Positions 1 through 10,455 of a stretch of 64,000 bases of DNA are shown in pieces; position 1 is the first letter of the stretch, and each line of letters begins with the position of its first letter. A program made the translations under genes and the position numbers. The notes below the pieces were generated by a model, which was given only the letters and a program-made list of their open reading frames with translations, was not told where the DNA came from and ran no database searches. Source of the DNA: Nemertoderma westbladi. Lineage: Eukaryota > Animalia > Xenacoelomorpha. The DNA lies in contig JAUCBJ010002721.1 of assembly GCA_032718475.1 (NCBI GenBank), positions 9,935 through 73,934 on the forward strand, written 5' to 3'.

Positions 1-1
1 C

Positions 2-613
2 TGCCCCGCAATGTCCTGTGTTCTCTATTAGTCCCAACCCGTCCGGTGCTGTCATAGCCATGTAGACCGTCTGCGTATCCAGAAGGTTGGGGGTGTCCGG
101 ACCGATGATTCTCTCCGCGTCGTCGCGAATCGCCGATCCCACTTTCGTCGTCGACTTCTCTCTCACTAGTGCTTGCACCGCCTTCGGTAGCCGGTTTAAC
201 TTCGGCCCGTCCTTCTTTTCATACGTTCCTAGATCGAATAGGAATATGTCCCCATTTGGCGCGGCCAAATGTAGGAGTATGGTTCTGGCTGATGCCGCTG
301 ATCCTCTCCTCGAACCCTCCTCGTCTTCCACGGTCCCCTCATCGTTCAGGACCATATACCCTTCTCTGCTGACGGACTCTACGAATCTCTTCCAATCCTT
401 CTTCGGTGGATCCCTTGCGTACTTCAGAATCCCGAACTTCGTTTCGTCTCCTTTTATCACGTAGTGGAAATGCTCGAAGATCGCGTTGTCCAGCGACGGC
501 GTCCCATAGGTCCCGACCAGCCGCTGTTCGTGCACCTCCCTGAAATGGTCCTGTAGCGCTCGCGCTGGGTGACCCCTCTCTAACCGTTCCAAGTTTGCTT
601 GCCATCTCGAACT
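2..613 (-). CDS. Extra ORF downstream of pol: DEDDy (WRN/EXD1/MUT-7-like) 3'-5' exonuclease domain, partial (runs off the window)
   Basis: Manual translation of a stop-free minus frame (upstream TAA at 614-616): ...EGYMVLNDEGT...RTILLHLAAPNGDIFLFDL...RLPKAVQALVREKSTTKVGSAIRDDAERI...NLLDTQTVY. This matches the WRN-exo pattern VGFDTEW...VALLQLAT..CLLFQL...LPPSLKQLLEDPSILKVGVGIKGDA...VVDL. Confidence 0.7.
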
Positions 614-1019
614 TTACCCGATCGCTCACCCGTTGGGTGGTGCCTTACCAAGGCGCAGTAGGATGAGTGATAGGTTAAGGTGGTTTATCTCAGTTCGATG
701 GCCTATCTCCCTCTGAATTACTAAGTTAATTAGCCTATTTACACTGTTTTATTTCTGTAGCTACCAAACTGTGCCTAAATTGCGAATTTTGTCAGTTACT
801 TTTATTATCTTCCAGAATTTTCTTTTCTATTGTTACCGTAATTTGTTAATTTTTCAGCCCTATTCTTATTTTAATTTTAATATTTTAAACTATTGCCTAT
901 GGATTATTCTATTTCATAATCCACATTCTGGCCTACTCTGTGGGCTTGTGCAGTACAACAGTATGCGTCGCGCGGCCTACACGATTTATCCAGCTGTACT
1001 CATATGCCCCCCTCTCGCT

Positions 1020-1792
1020 ACTAACTACTAACTAATATCTGTACTATATATATATCCCTCTACCTCTTACTCTTACTAACCGGTACTACATACCCTCTTA
1101 CTAACTTCTAACTCTCTCTAACTAACTAACTAATCGGTACTGCGTACCCTCTTACTAACCTCTAACTCCACTAACTAACTAACGGTACTATGTACCCTCT
1201 TACTAACCTCTAACTCTACTAACTAACTAACGGTACTATGTACCCTCTTACTAACCTCTAACTCTACTAACTATCTAACGGTACTATGTACCCTCTTACT
1301 AAACTCCAACTCTCTCCGACTAATTAACGGTACTATGTACCCTCTTACTAAACTCTAACTCTCTCCAACTAACTAACGGTACTATGTACCCTCTTACTAA
1401 ACTCTAACTCTCTCCAACTAACTAACGGTACTGTGTACCCTCTTACTAACTAACTTCTGCCTACTGACGGTACTACGTACCTTCTTACTAACTAACTTCT
1501 GCCTACTGACGGTACTACGTACCTTCTTACTAACTAACTTCTGCCTACTGATGGTACTACGTACCTTCTTACTAACTAACTTCTGCCTACTGACGGTACT
1601 ACATACCTTCTTACTAACTAACTTCTGCCTACTGACGGTACTACGTACCTTCTTACTAACTAACTTCTGCCTACTGACGGTACTACGTACCTTCTTACTA
1701 ACTAACTTCTGCCTACTGACGGTACTACGTACCTTCTTACTAACTAACTTCTGCCTACTGACGGTACTACGTACCTTCTTACTAACTAACTT
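1020..1792. repeat. Tandem repeats between integrase and the extra ORF: about 8 near-perfect 42-bp units (1440-1792) grading into degenerate ~45-bp units
   Basis: Unit CTAACTAACTTCTGCCTACTGACGGTACTACGTACCTTCTTA; the spurious ORF 1551-1877 shows the 14-aa period. Confidence 0.95.
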
Positions 1793-1889
1793 TTTTTATT
1801 TTTATTGTGTGGGAAGGGCATCTCACCCTCAATCCCACCCCCCTCAGTCCAAAACTTGGACGACTAAACTCCACTAAAATTATACAAGA

Positions 1890-3689
1890 TCAAGGTGCCC
1901 CCTCTAGTAGACAGCATTTTCCTACAGCCCTCCTGTAGGTCTTTCTGTCTTTCGCACCTATCTTTCCACCTATTCGCACTTCTACCGATCGGACTCTTCT
2001 GTCCTCATCGGAGTAGGTGCCCACAACTCTCGCCAACCGCCATTGGTTGTTGATGATAGTATCATCCGTGATGATCACGAGATCACCCTCCTTTAGCTCT
2101 CTGTTCGTGTTCCTCCACTTACTTCTTCTGTGTAGTGTGGGCAGATATTCCTCGACCCACCTCCTCCAGTATTCTGCGCTTATTGCCTTAGTGACTTTCC
2201 AACTCTGGTGGGAGTGTATGTCGTCTGGGTCTACACCCCGCATGTCGATTGTCGCCGGCCTCTCCATTAGAAAGTGACTGGGCGTCAGCACGTCTAATGA
2301 CTCAGGGTCATCATTCTCTGGATATAGCGGTCTGCTATTAATGATACCCTCACACTTTGCCAGTACTGTCCTTAGTACGTCCTCTGTAACCATGTGGGTG
2401 TTCATCAGCTTCGTCATCAGACGTTTCGAACTACCCACTAATCTCTCGACGCATCCTAGCGTATGCGGAGCATACGGCGTCCTCCTCTCCCACTTTACTT
2501 GTCGCCTTCTCATGGCCGCCCTGACTTCCTCCCCTTCCAGGATGTCCAAGGCCTCTGCCATCTCGTTCTCCGCCCCCACAAAGTTGGTCCCGCTGTCAGA
2601 ATACAGCACTGCGATTGTCCCACCTTTGCGGTCTCTTAATCTTTCTAAAGCATTGATGAATGCTGATGCGGTTGCATCGTGGGCGAGTTCTATTCCTACC
2701 GCCCGTGTGTTGTTGCATACGAAGATGATACCGTAGCGTTTCTCCGTGTGTCGCATCACCTTAATCTTTATCGGCCCGAACATATCCACACCGCAATGCG
2801 TAAATGGCGGGTCGTGCTGTCTTACTCTACTGGCCGGTAGTGGTGCCATCTCCTGTATGGCCCATTCCTTCTTCGCTCGTCGGCAGCTCTGGCACTGCCC
2901 CACTACCGCCTTTACCTTCTTCCTCAGCTGTTTGACCCAAAAGGTCCTTCTTATCTCCGTGAGGGTTCGGTTGGTGCCCCCGTGCAATATCGATTTGTGG
3001 GAGTCCCAGATAATCTGGTGGACTATCGGCGATCCTGTGGGAATGATGATGGGCTTCGGTGGTACGACGATACTGTTGTTGTATCCCACCCTAGAGTTCA
3101 TTACTAGGATCCCGTCGTCATTAAGTTGTGGTGACAGCGTGATCAGTTCGCTGTCCCGCCGGAGATGCTGTTGCTTACCGACGCGTTCCACCTCGTCGCC
3201 GTAGTTCTTCCTCTGCTCGTAGCGGATGACTGCCTTGGCCGCTCCTTCCAGGTCTATTGTCGTTCTAGTCTTCACGTCTTTACCAACTCCCCTGAGGAAA
3301 TTCCCGAAGGCTCTCCAGTATGCCACTAACTTCTTGGTCTTGTACCAACTAGAACTGTAGCTAAGGAGTTTATCCGTCAGGTTATCGCACGGTTCTCCTG
3401 GTTTTGGTTGCACGTCCCTTATCTCCCTCACCATCTGGGAGTATATCTCCTCTCCCTCTGAGTCTCCCTCTTCTCCTTCTGACACTACTTCTCCTGAGCC
3501 CGGGTCCACCTTTCTCATCGGCGGCCAGGCCTCCCTATCGCTCAGAAACTGTGGCCTGTGTTGCCACAATACTTCCTTCTTCAAGAAAGTGTGGCGTACC
3601 ACGCCCCTCGATAACAAGTCCGCTGGGTTCTTGTCCGTTGGGCAGTAGTGCCACCTTTCCAGTTCTGTGGTCGCCCTTATTTCGTTCAC
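1890..3689 (-). CDS. Bel/Pao pol C-terminal part: end of RNase H, integrase (HHCC zinc finger, DDE core, C-terminal domain)
   Basis: NPADLLSRG; H..ILHGG...CQSC; GVDMFGP, YSDSGTNF, GCVERLV; W.RW..EYLPTL..RSKW; W.LARVV. Same frame as the RT ORF, separated only by one TAA at 3711-3713. Confidence 0.95.
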   Translation of the reverse strand: MNEIRATTELERWHYCPTDKNPADLLSRGVVRHTFLKKEVLWQHRPQFLSDREAWPPMRKVDPGSGEVVSEGEEGDSEGEEIYSQMVREIRDVQPKPGEPCDNLTDKLLSYSSSWYKTKKLVAYWRAFGNFLRGVGKDVKTRTTIDLEGAAKAVIRYEQRKNYGDEVERVGKQQHLRRDSELITLSPQLNDDGILVMNSRVGYNNSIVVPPKPIIIPTGSPIVHQIIWDSHKSILHGGTNRTLTEIRRTFWVKQLRKKVKAVVGQCQSCRRAKKEWAIQEMAPLPASRVRQHDPPFTHCGVDMFGPIKIKVMRHTEKRYGIIFVCNNTRAVGIELAHDATASAFINALERLRDRKGGTIAVLYSDSGTNFVGAENEMAEALDILEGEEVRAAMRRRQVKWERRTPYAPHTLGCVERLVGSSKRLMTKLMNTHMVTEDVLRTVLAKCEGIINSRPLYPENDDPESLDVLTPSHFLMERPATIDMRGVDPDDIHSHQSWKVTKAISAEYWRRWVEEYLPTLHRRSKWRNTNRELKEGDLVIITDDTIINNQWRLARVVGTYSDEDRRVRSVEVRIGGKIGAKDRKTYRRAVGKCCLLEGAP

Positions 3690-3710
3690 TCTATTCGCGA
3701 CGAATATAGG

Positions 3711-5180
3711 TTATCTCGTCCTTTCGTTGTGTAGCCAACCGAGCACTACCATGGAATCCGTCCAGTAATGTGTTTCCACTATGTTTGGAATAGCGTCCAC
3801 TAAGTAGGCTGTGGCCCTAACTCCTAATCTCGCAGCTGTCAACTCGAGTTTCGGAACTGAAGCTGAGTCTGGTGGCGTCGACTTCGCTTTACTGAATGCG
3901 AGTCTGGGCTTGTGAGCCCCCTCTCGTTGTACTAAATAGAGTGCCGCTCCATATGCCTCTAATGATGCATCGGAGAACATATGTAGATCCAGATTCGTCA
4001 TGTCCCTATCCGGTAAATATACACGCGGCATGCTGTAAGTTCCCATCTGTTCTAAACTCTCTGTCCACTTGTTCCACTGCTTACTAATCTCTTCTGGGAC
4101 CTCTGCGTCCCACTCGTCCTTTAGTTTGTATACTCTCTTGAGTATCTGTTTCCCCGTGACTAGTAATGGGGATGCTAGGCCTAGGGGATCGTATATCCTC
4201 GCTATATATGATACATAGCCCCTCTTTGTGTGGATACCTGCTCCCTCCTGACTCAGTTGGTATTTTAACTCGTCTGTCTCTCTGTTCCCCACGATTCCCA
4301 GTGCCTTCTGTTGAGACTCTATCCTCTTGTTCGCCATGTCCTGCCCCTTGGCTGTTGTGGGATTATCCATGGTCGATCCTGGTCTCTCGTCTTTTATTGC
4401 CTCGATAAATTCCTTCGAACTGGATTGGAATTTGGTTAGGTTGAAGCCGGATCCTCTAAGGATGTCGCGAACCTTGCGCCCTGTGTCCAGTAGCTCCTTA
4501 ACCGTATTTCCAGACTCCATCCCGTCGTCTACGTAGAAACCGCGTCGAATCATATCGACGGCTTTGGCTCTGAACTTATCTTCCTTCCCTGCTACCGTAT
4601 CTCTTACGGCCATAGTCGTTGTAAACGAAGATGACTTGGCTCCCATATTCTGTACTACCATCTTATACATTGGTATGGTCGACAGTTCCTCATCGCCGTC
4701 GTACCATAGGAAGCGTTGGCTGTCGCTATCCTCTCCCGTTACACGGACTTGGTTGAACATGCCTTCGATGTCGCAGGTGAAAGCGTGTTTACCATTCCTG
4801 AATCTGCGTAGGACCTCGACCCCTGAGTTGTAGATGTTGGGACCCTCCAGCAGATAATCGTTTAGACATTTCCCGTTGGTCTTGGCTGATGCGTCAACTA
4901 CCATCTGCAGTTTACCTTTCTTCGGGTCTATAGCCACGTGGAGTGGCAGGTAATAGGTCCTGTCCGTGTTTGGCTCGTCGACCGGTAACTCCACGGCCCA
5001 TCCTTTCTCGACATGCTTTCTAATTGTCTTGTGGATGTACTCATTCTTCTCGGGGCTCCGTTTTAACGTCTGCTTTAACTTGCGAAGCCTCGTAAGTACC
5101 ATCCCTTTGTTGTCGGGTAACGGTAGCTTTGGTAGCTTCCATACCATCCCTATGGTATACCGCCCCTCATCGCATGTCAT
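3711..5180 (-). CDS. Bel/Pao reverse transcriptase and RNase H (Pao peptidase A17 region)
   Basis: YYLPLH, VVDAS, CLND.LLEGP, DIEGMFNQV, FYVDD, IYDPLGL, FSDAS..AYG, KLEL.AA, WTDS. Confidence 0.95.
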   Translation of the reverse strand: MTCDEGRYTIGMVWKLPKLPLPDNKGMVLTRLRKLKQTLKRSPEKNEYIHKTIRKHVEKGWAVELPVDEPNTDRTYYLPLHVAIDPKKGKLQMVVDASAKTNGKCLNDYLLEGPNIYNSGVEVLRRFRNGKHAFTCDIEGMFNQVRVTGEDSDSQRFLWYDGDEELSTIPMYKMVVQNMGAKSSSFTTTMAVRDTVAGKEDKFRAKAVDMIRRGFYVDDGMESGNTVKELLDTGRKVRDILRGSGFNLTKFQSSSKEFIEAIKDERPGSTMDNPTTAKGQDMANKRIESQQKALGIVGNRETDELKYQLSQEGAGIHTKRGYVSYIARIYDPLGLASPLLVTGKQILKRVYKLKDEWDAEVPEEISKQWNKWTESLEQMGTYSMPRVYLPDRDMTNLDLHMFSDASLEAYGAALYLVQREGAHKPRLAFSKAKSTPPDSASVPKLELTAARLGVRATAYLVDAIPNIVETHYWTDSMVVLGWLHNERTR

Positions 5181-8178
5181 CGATTCCTTTCACACTTTGT
5201 AAAGCCTGCTTATCTTCTACCGAGGTTCCGACCCCGGTCTCCTTTAATCCCTCAAAGTCCTGCCTGAGCAGTCTCCTGAGCTGCTCCTCTGCTCCCTCAT
5301 CCTCCATCTCTCGCATAGTTCCCGCGAACATGCATCCTGATGTCTCCGACATCCTAAATGGTATCTTACTCTTGATTGGGCCACTCAGTGTCCACCCGAA
5401 TGGTGTCAATATCGCCACCGGGTCACACTGCCTGTCTTCGCCGAAGACCGTTTGCATTCTCTCGTGGGCCGTTGGGCAGTCCATTCCTACTATGATGGAT
5501 ACCTTCCTAACGTCCACCTCTGGGATTGAGAAGTCGATACTGTCCAGGAATCTGTATTGTTCGACCTCGATGTTGGTTGGCCGCCTGGCGTTAATATTTA
5601 TCGACTCTATCACCTGGATGGGGTCGATGGTCGCCCCATAATCGCATCCCGGTGCTACCGCTGCTATCGCGCACCGTCCGGTTCTCATCTCCAGAACCTC
5701 ATCTTTGCTGGAGATGGTTGTTACCGCCATTCTACTTGGCCTCGTTCTCAATCCTATCTCTTCGGCCACCCAATCCTCAACTAAGGTGAAGGCTGCACCA
5801 CTGTCGACCAGCATCAGTGTGGTTACTGATCGGTTGCCTTCGCCGATTATCCTTACTGGTACTACCCCTAATAGTACCGTCCCTCTCTTCTTTGCTACTA
5901 CGGTGCTTGTTGCCATTGTTTGTCCTTTACTCTGGCCGAACTTAATTGGCGTTTCTTTGCATTGTCTAGCTCTGTGTCCACTCATCACGCATCGCGAGCA
6001 GATGTCATTTCTCGCCGCGTATTCTACCTGATCTTCCCTGGGTAGCGCCTGCCAGTACCTGCAGTTCATGGTCTGATGAAGCGCATTTGAATGTAGCTGA
6101 CATTTGCTCTTTGGATCGTAGCCATCCTTATACAGTGCATTGCGTATCGCAGATGCATTTGTACCAAAGTCCTTACTCTTATTGTTTGAATTCTGCCTAC
6201 TGGGCGTACTGGGGGTATGTTTATTTGTGTTGTTATTTTTCCCCTGTCCGCTCCATGATGTCGTCTTACCCTCGGCTACCTGTGGACTTGCAGTCCCCTG
6301 CGTCGCTGCGTATGGCAGTGATTGCCTGAGCTTTGGTAATGCGTTTGATGTGTTATGTTCTGGTTTCGGCCTGTGGTAATCGGTCTTTGATCCCTTTCCC
6401 AGGCTATCCTCGCTGTAGACTGGGTCCGTTATAAGTTCAGCTTCATAGTTTAAGAAGCTTGACATCTCTTCTAAACCCGGTTCCGCACCCTTCCTATCTC
6501 GAGTGGAGAAAGCGATTTTCCTCCACTTATTGCGCAGCCACATCGGAAGTGCCTGGGCTATCGTTGTGATGTTGTTGGACGCGTTGAGTTCGTATGGCGC
6601 ATCCAATGTCTTTAGCACGATTAGCGCCTTCTCGACTTTGTTAGCGAATGTCTTTATGCTAACGGGGTTATCCTGTAGGCCACCCGATGTTATACCTCTC
6701 AGGGTCTGCCGGATGATCTTGGCCGGGTGCCCGTATTCCCTGTCTAACGCCCGCCATGCCGTCGTGAAGCCACCCTCGATACCCTGGTATTGCCTCACGA
6801 TGTCGTATGCTGGGCCCCCTGTATATACTTGCAGATACTTTAGGCACTCCGCCTGCGTCAAATTTTTTGTTAATATTTCGTTACTATACATGCGCCGAAA
6901 CTGTAGGTATTCTTCCGGCCTACTCCCATCGAATTTGAATGGTTCCACGGGTGGTAACTCGATCCTTGTTTTTAGTGCATCGATTAACGTGGCCATCCCC
7001 ACCGCTTGCGCTTCCAATGGGTTCGATGGGTGCTGCATAGGTTCTCCCGTTGGGTGCGGTCCGTTCGTCCTGTTTGCCGCTTTCCTCTGACTTGGATATA
7101 TCATAGGGGGTAGCGGCCCCCTCCATATTTCTGTGTCGCATGATCTATTCTCGTCCAAGGGGTTCGATGTTCTTACTCCTACTGGGGTATATTGTTGATA
7201 TTGCGATGGGGGAATGTCACCCTGTCCCCCCCCCCCCACTGGTATATTTGGTACTGGGGTTGATGTTAATATATTGGAGCCCATGCATCTATCCGCAATA
7301 ATCCCCCCTTCCCCTGGGTATATGTTATGTCCTTGCATGCTGTAGTCATACTGCTGTGCTGGTACCGGTATAGGCCTATCTACTTCTGGCCTCCTTGCCG
7401 GTATATACTCCGCGACTTCCGGGTTTAATCCCGCTGTTCGCGCTATCCTATCGCCTATATTATCTCTCTCAGCATAGCCTATGGTATGTGCAGTAAGGCC
7501 TACAGTATGTCCTGCAGTCTGTATGTGTCGCTCGGGATCGAAGTTTATCCTTCTCGAATAATCCTCCCCGCGGCCACCGCATTCTCGATCGGTAGGTATA
7601 TCCCGTCGGGAAGCTTCTCTTCGACCCCCTCTACTGCTCTCGCTCTCGTGCCGGTACATCCCGTACCCCTCTCTCTGCGCGCAATACGCCTCGTCAGGTC
7701 GCGCTCCTCCGGGGCGACGGCAATCTCCCGAAGTTCGACCCTGCTGACTCTCCGTCTCCACCTCTACTACCGACGGCTCGCTATCCGTCCTCGCTCTCCT
7801 GTCGTTCGCGGCGACACTTCTTCTACTCTCTTCCCTTCTTCTCTCTGTAGTGCAGTATTCCCGCTCGTGAGATCTCTCGTCGACCTCCCGGTTAAACTCC
7901 ACTGTTCTTCTTCCCTCTTCTGATCGGGCTCGACGCTTCGTCCGCCCTCTCGCGACGTCAACCTGTCTCTCTCTGCTCGATTGCACGCCGCTGGGGATAC
8001 TCGCAATCCCCCTATCACTCTCCGTCGCCGGATGTTGCGGTTTACCTGTCTCGGCCCGCGCATTATCCGTCGACGCCTGTGGGGCACTCTCTGCCCCCCC
8101 CCCCCCCCCCCTTTCGCCGCTAACTCGCTGTTGTGGGGCTCCTGTAGCCCCCCCCCCCCCCCCCCCCCCACTCGCCAC
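5167..8178 (-). CDS. Bel/Pao gag (DUF1759 capsid-like core, Cys/His knuckles) and aspartic protease
   Basis: PFKFDGS.PEEYLQF..., LDREYGHP; CQLH...H...C and CSRCVMSGHRARQC; protease LVDSGA; TPFGW. A 1-nt frameshift to the RT frame occurs near 5190. Confidence 0.92.
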   Translation of the reverse strand: MASGGGGGGGATGAPQQRVSGERGGGGGAESAPQASTDNARAETGKPQHPATESDRGIASIPSGVQSSRERQVDVARGRTKRRARSEEGRRTVEFNREVDERSHEREYCTTERRREESRRSVAANDRRARTDSEPSVVEVETESQQGRTSGDCRRPGGARPDEAYCAQREGYGMYRHESESSRGGRREASRRDIPTDRECGGRGEDYSRRINFDPERHIQTAGHTVGLTAHTIGYAERDNIGDRIARTAGLNPEVAEYIPARRPEVDRPIPVPAQQYDYSMQGHNIYPGEGGIIADRCMGSNILTSTPVPNIPVGGGGQGDIPPSQYQQYTPVGVRTSNPLDENRSCDTEIWRGPLPPMIYPSQRKAANRTNGPHPTGEPMQHPSNPLEAQAVGMATLIDALKTRIELPPVEPFKFDGSRPEEYLQFRRMYSNEILTKNLTQAECLKYLQVYTGGPAYDIVRQYQGIEGGFTTAWRALDREYGHPAKIIRQTLRGITSGGLQDNPVSIKTFANKVEKALIVLKTLDAPYELNASNNITTIAQALPMWLRNKWRKIAFSTRDRKGAEPGLEEMSSFLNYEAELITDPVYSEDSLGKGSKTDYHRPKPEHNTSNALPKLRQSLPYAATQGTASPQVAEGKTTSWSGQGKNNNTNKHTPSTPSRQNSNNKSKDFGTNASAIRNALYKDGYDPKSKCQLHSNALHQTMNCRYWQALPREDQVEYAARNDICSRCVMSGHRARQCKETPIKFGQSKGQTMATSTVVAKKRGTVLLGVVPVRIIGEGNRSVTTLMLVDSGAAFTLVEDWVAEEIGLRTRPSRMAVTTISSKDEVLEMRTGRCAIAAVAPGCDYGATIDPIQVIESININARRPTNIEVEQYRFLDSIDFSIPEVDVRKVSIIVGMDCPTAHERMQTVFGEDRQCDPVAILTPFGWTLSGPIKSKIPFRMSETSGCMFAGTMREMEDEGAEEQLRRLLRQDFEGLKETGVGTSVEDKQALQSVKGIDDMR

Positions 8179-10338
8179 ATCTAACTTCGCTATCTCTCAC
8201 CCCGCTACTATATCCCTCTCTAGTCGACACGTCAACCCTACTGCGGCTGGGTCTATTCACCCCCGCCTCTCCCTCTGCTATTGTGTGGCCTACCAGGCCC
8301 TCTACTTTCTGCCTACTAACTACGTGGCCTACCAGGCCCTCGCTGGGTTTACCCAACCCAACCACTCCCTGCCTACCAACCACGTGGCCTACCAGGCCCT
8401 CGCTGGGTTTACCCAACCCAACCACTCCCTGCCTACTAACTACGTGGCCTACCAGGCCCTCTCCGGGTTGGCTCAACCCCGCCACTTCCAGCCCACTAAC
8501 TAAGTGGCCTACCAGGCCCTCTTCGGGTTGGCTCAACCCCGCAACTTTCTGCCTACTAGCTGTACGGCCTACCAGGCCCTCGTCTGCCGGGTTATACACG
8601 TCCGACACGTTCACGTTAATAGCACCACTAATATTGTCATCGGTTAGATCAATTAAATCCTCTAACTCGATTAAGTTACCTTGTGCGCCCAAATTAGAAA
8701 CGGAATTATTTTGCTCGTTCGAAATAAGATTATTTGAATTATTTTGTAAATTCAGATTTATATTTAAATTATTTGGATTATTTTGTAAATTCGGACCTAG
8801 ATTTAAATTATTTGAATTATTCCCTACATTAATATTAGAATTACTAGGATTTAAATTACTACTGTCGGGCAAAATATTATTTCCTGCAATGAAAGTTTGA
8901 TTAGAATTATCTAGTACGGTACTATTAATATCAACGTTATCTACTGTATTATTATTATTACCCCCCCCCCCCCGCCCGTACGGTTACACCAGTCTCGGGT
9001 CTGTCGTGCGGTCCCTGTAAGTGGGGTATTAATAAATGTTTCTTCGACCCTTGGCTCCTCGAAACATCTCGAGCCAGCGTCACTCTCTGATAGCCCCAGC
9101 TGGGCCATTTTTAGTCTGCGCTTTTGTTTGGTTTGGTACTGAATGAGCCCCCCTAGGCGGGCATGTAAACCATCCCGCACACGCTTCCCCTCTGCTGCTC
9201 TCTCCCGACTCTCCCGCGCGCTCTGCTCGGCCAAATCCCTCGCTCTCTCAACTCTCTCCATTCGTTTCGCTTCCCTTGCCACCTCACGCTCTTTAAGTTC
9301 TGCCTCGCGCTCTTTTCGTTCAGCCTCGCGCTCTTTGCGTTCACACTCCTCTCTCGCCTCGCGCTCTTCTCGTTCCTTCCTCCCTATTTCCTCACACTCC
9401 CTAAAGCTTCTTGCGGCTTTCTCGGCCCTCTCTCCGGTCTCTCTAGCCAGTTCCATTTCTTTCTCTAATAGCACTCTCCCCTCCTCTAACTGTCTCTCTA
9501 CTTCTCTCTGGTCTTGCGCTATTAGATCGAGATAACACGCCGCATTTATTTCTCTCACCCGTCTTTCTTTTACGGAGGATGTAGCAGACTTATCGGTTGC
9601 GACGGATTCCCTCCGCCTTCCCGTCCTACTAACCCCCCCCCCCCTTTTTTCGGAACCTTTTCCGACCGACGAGACCGAATCCTCGGGGTTAACCTCGGAT
9701 TCGCCCTCCTGCGGTTTCCTCCAACCCACTAATTTTATTCCCCGGGCATCGACTAAGTATGGCCCTACGTACACTACGCTAGGTTCCATACCCCTACATT
9801 CCCATAGTTCGAACAGTTCGGTGGCAACCCCTCTCGCTCTCTCGCTGGCTAGTTCTCCCTGCCCAAAACGTTTTAGATAGTCAAAATGTTCGTTCGACTC
9901 ACCTAGTTTTTTATTTAGGTTTACCTCGTCTATCTGGGCCCCCTCTTTGGCCTCCTTAAGTAGTTTCCGGGTCGCGTTGTAGGCCCGCCGAAGTCGATCG
10001 CTGACCCCGACGTCCTCGTTGCCGACATCTCCTCCATCTCTCCGGGTCCGGCGTCGTGCCGGCGGCCCCACCGTCGCCGTTCCGGTGGGCCGTCCGTCGC
10101 CCTCGGCCTGTGGCTGGCCGGCGACACTGGCATGTCGACCGCCGTCGTGTGTCGACTCGTCTCTCTCTCCAACTCTCCAACTCTCCTCTAGTAGACGGCT
10201 CCCCTCGCGTTGGATCACCGGGTCACCCGTTGGCGATGGGTCCGGTGTCGTGGGCCTGTACCGTCGTGTCACGGCCTCGCGGATCGTTAGATCGCCGTCC
10301 GGGGTCCGCGTCGGTGTCGTCCCTTCTACTCGGCTCAT
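8120..10338 (-). CDS. N-terminal extension of gag (charged coiled-coil, Asn-rich segment, 20-aa repeats); ORFs 8941-10338 and 8120-8872 joined across poly-G frameshifts
   Basis: ATG at 10338 lies just downstream of the LTR. Frame changes coincide with C-runs at about 8961-8972 and 8148-8169 on +; past the first run the alternative frame reads GNNNTVDNVD...ILPDSS straight into the next ORF. Confidence 0.7.
8283..8590. repeat. 60-bp coding tandem repeat (about 5 copies) in the gag extension
   Basis: GTGGCCTACCAGGCCCT recurs every 60 bp; peptide EGLVGHVV.RQ.V.GL..P. Confidence 0.9.
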
Positions 10339-10455
10339 TGTAGCTAGTTACTCTCGTAGCGTAGTCAGGCAGTAGTTGATCTAGTTACTGTGACGGGATC
10401 TGCGGAAGATCCCGGTTTATCCGGGTTTTGGTTCCTAGTCTACGCGTCCCCACCG

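Noticed and set aside
87-464. Plus-strand 125-aa ORF and other plus ORFs over 2-10 kb
   Set aside because: Antisense shadows of the minus-strand retrotransposon ORFs.
339-629. Listed 96-aa minus ORF as the extra gene
   Set aside because: No recognisable motifs; the overlapping frame 2-613 is longer and carries the exonuclease pattern.
1825-1850. Polypurine tract and 3' LTR directly after integrase
   Set aside because: The G-rich tract is not followed by sequence matching the putative 5' LTR.
8095-8170. Programmed frameshifting at poly-G runs
   Set aside because: Long G/C homopolymers occur throughout the window and are error-prone, so this cannot be supported without reads.
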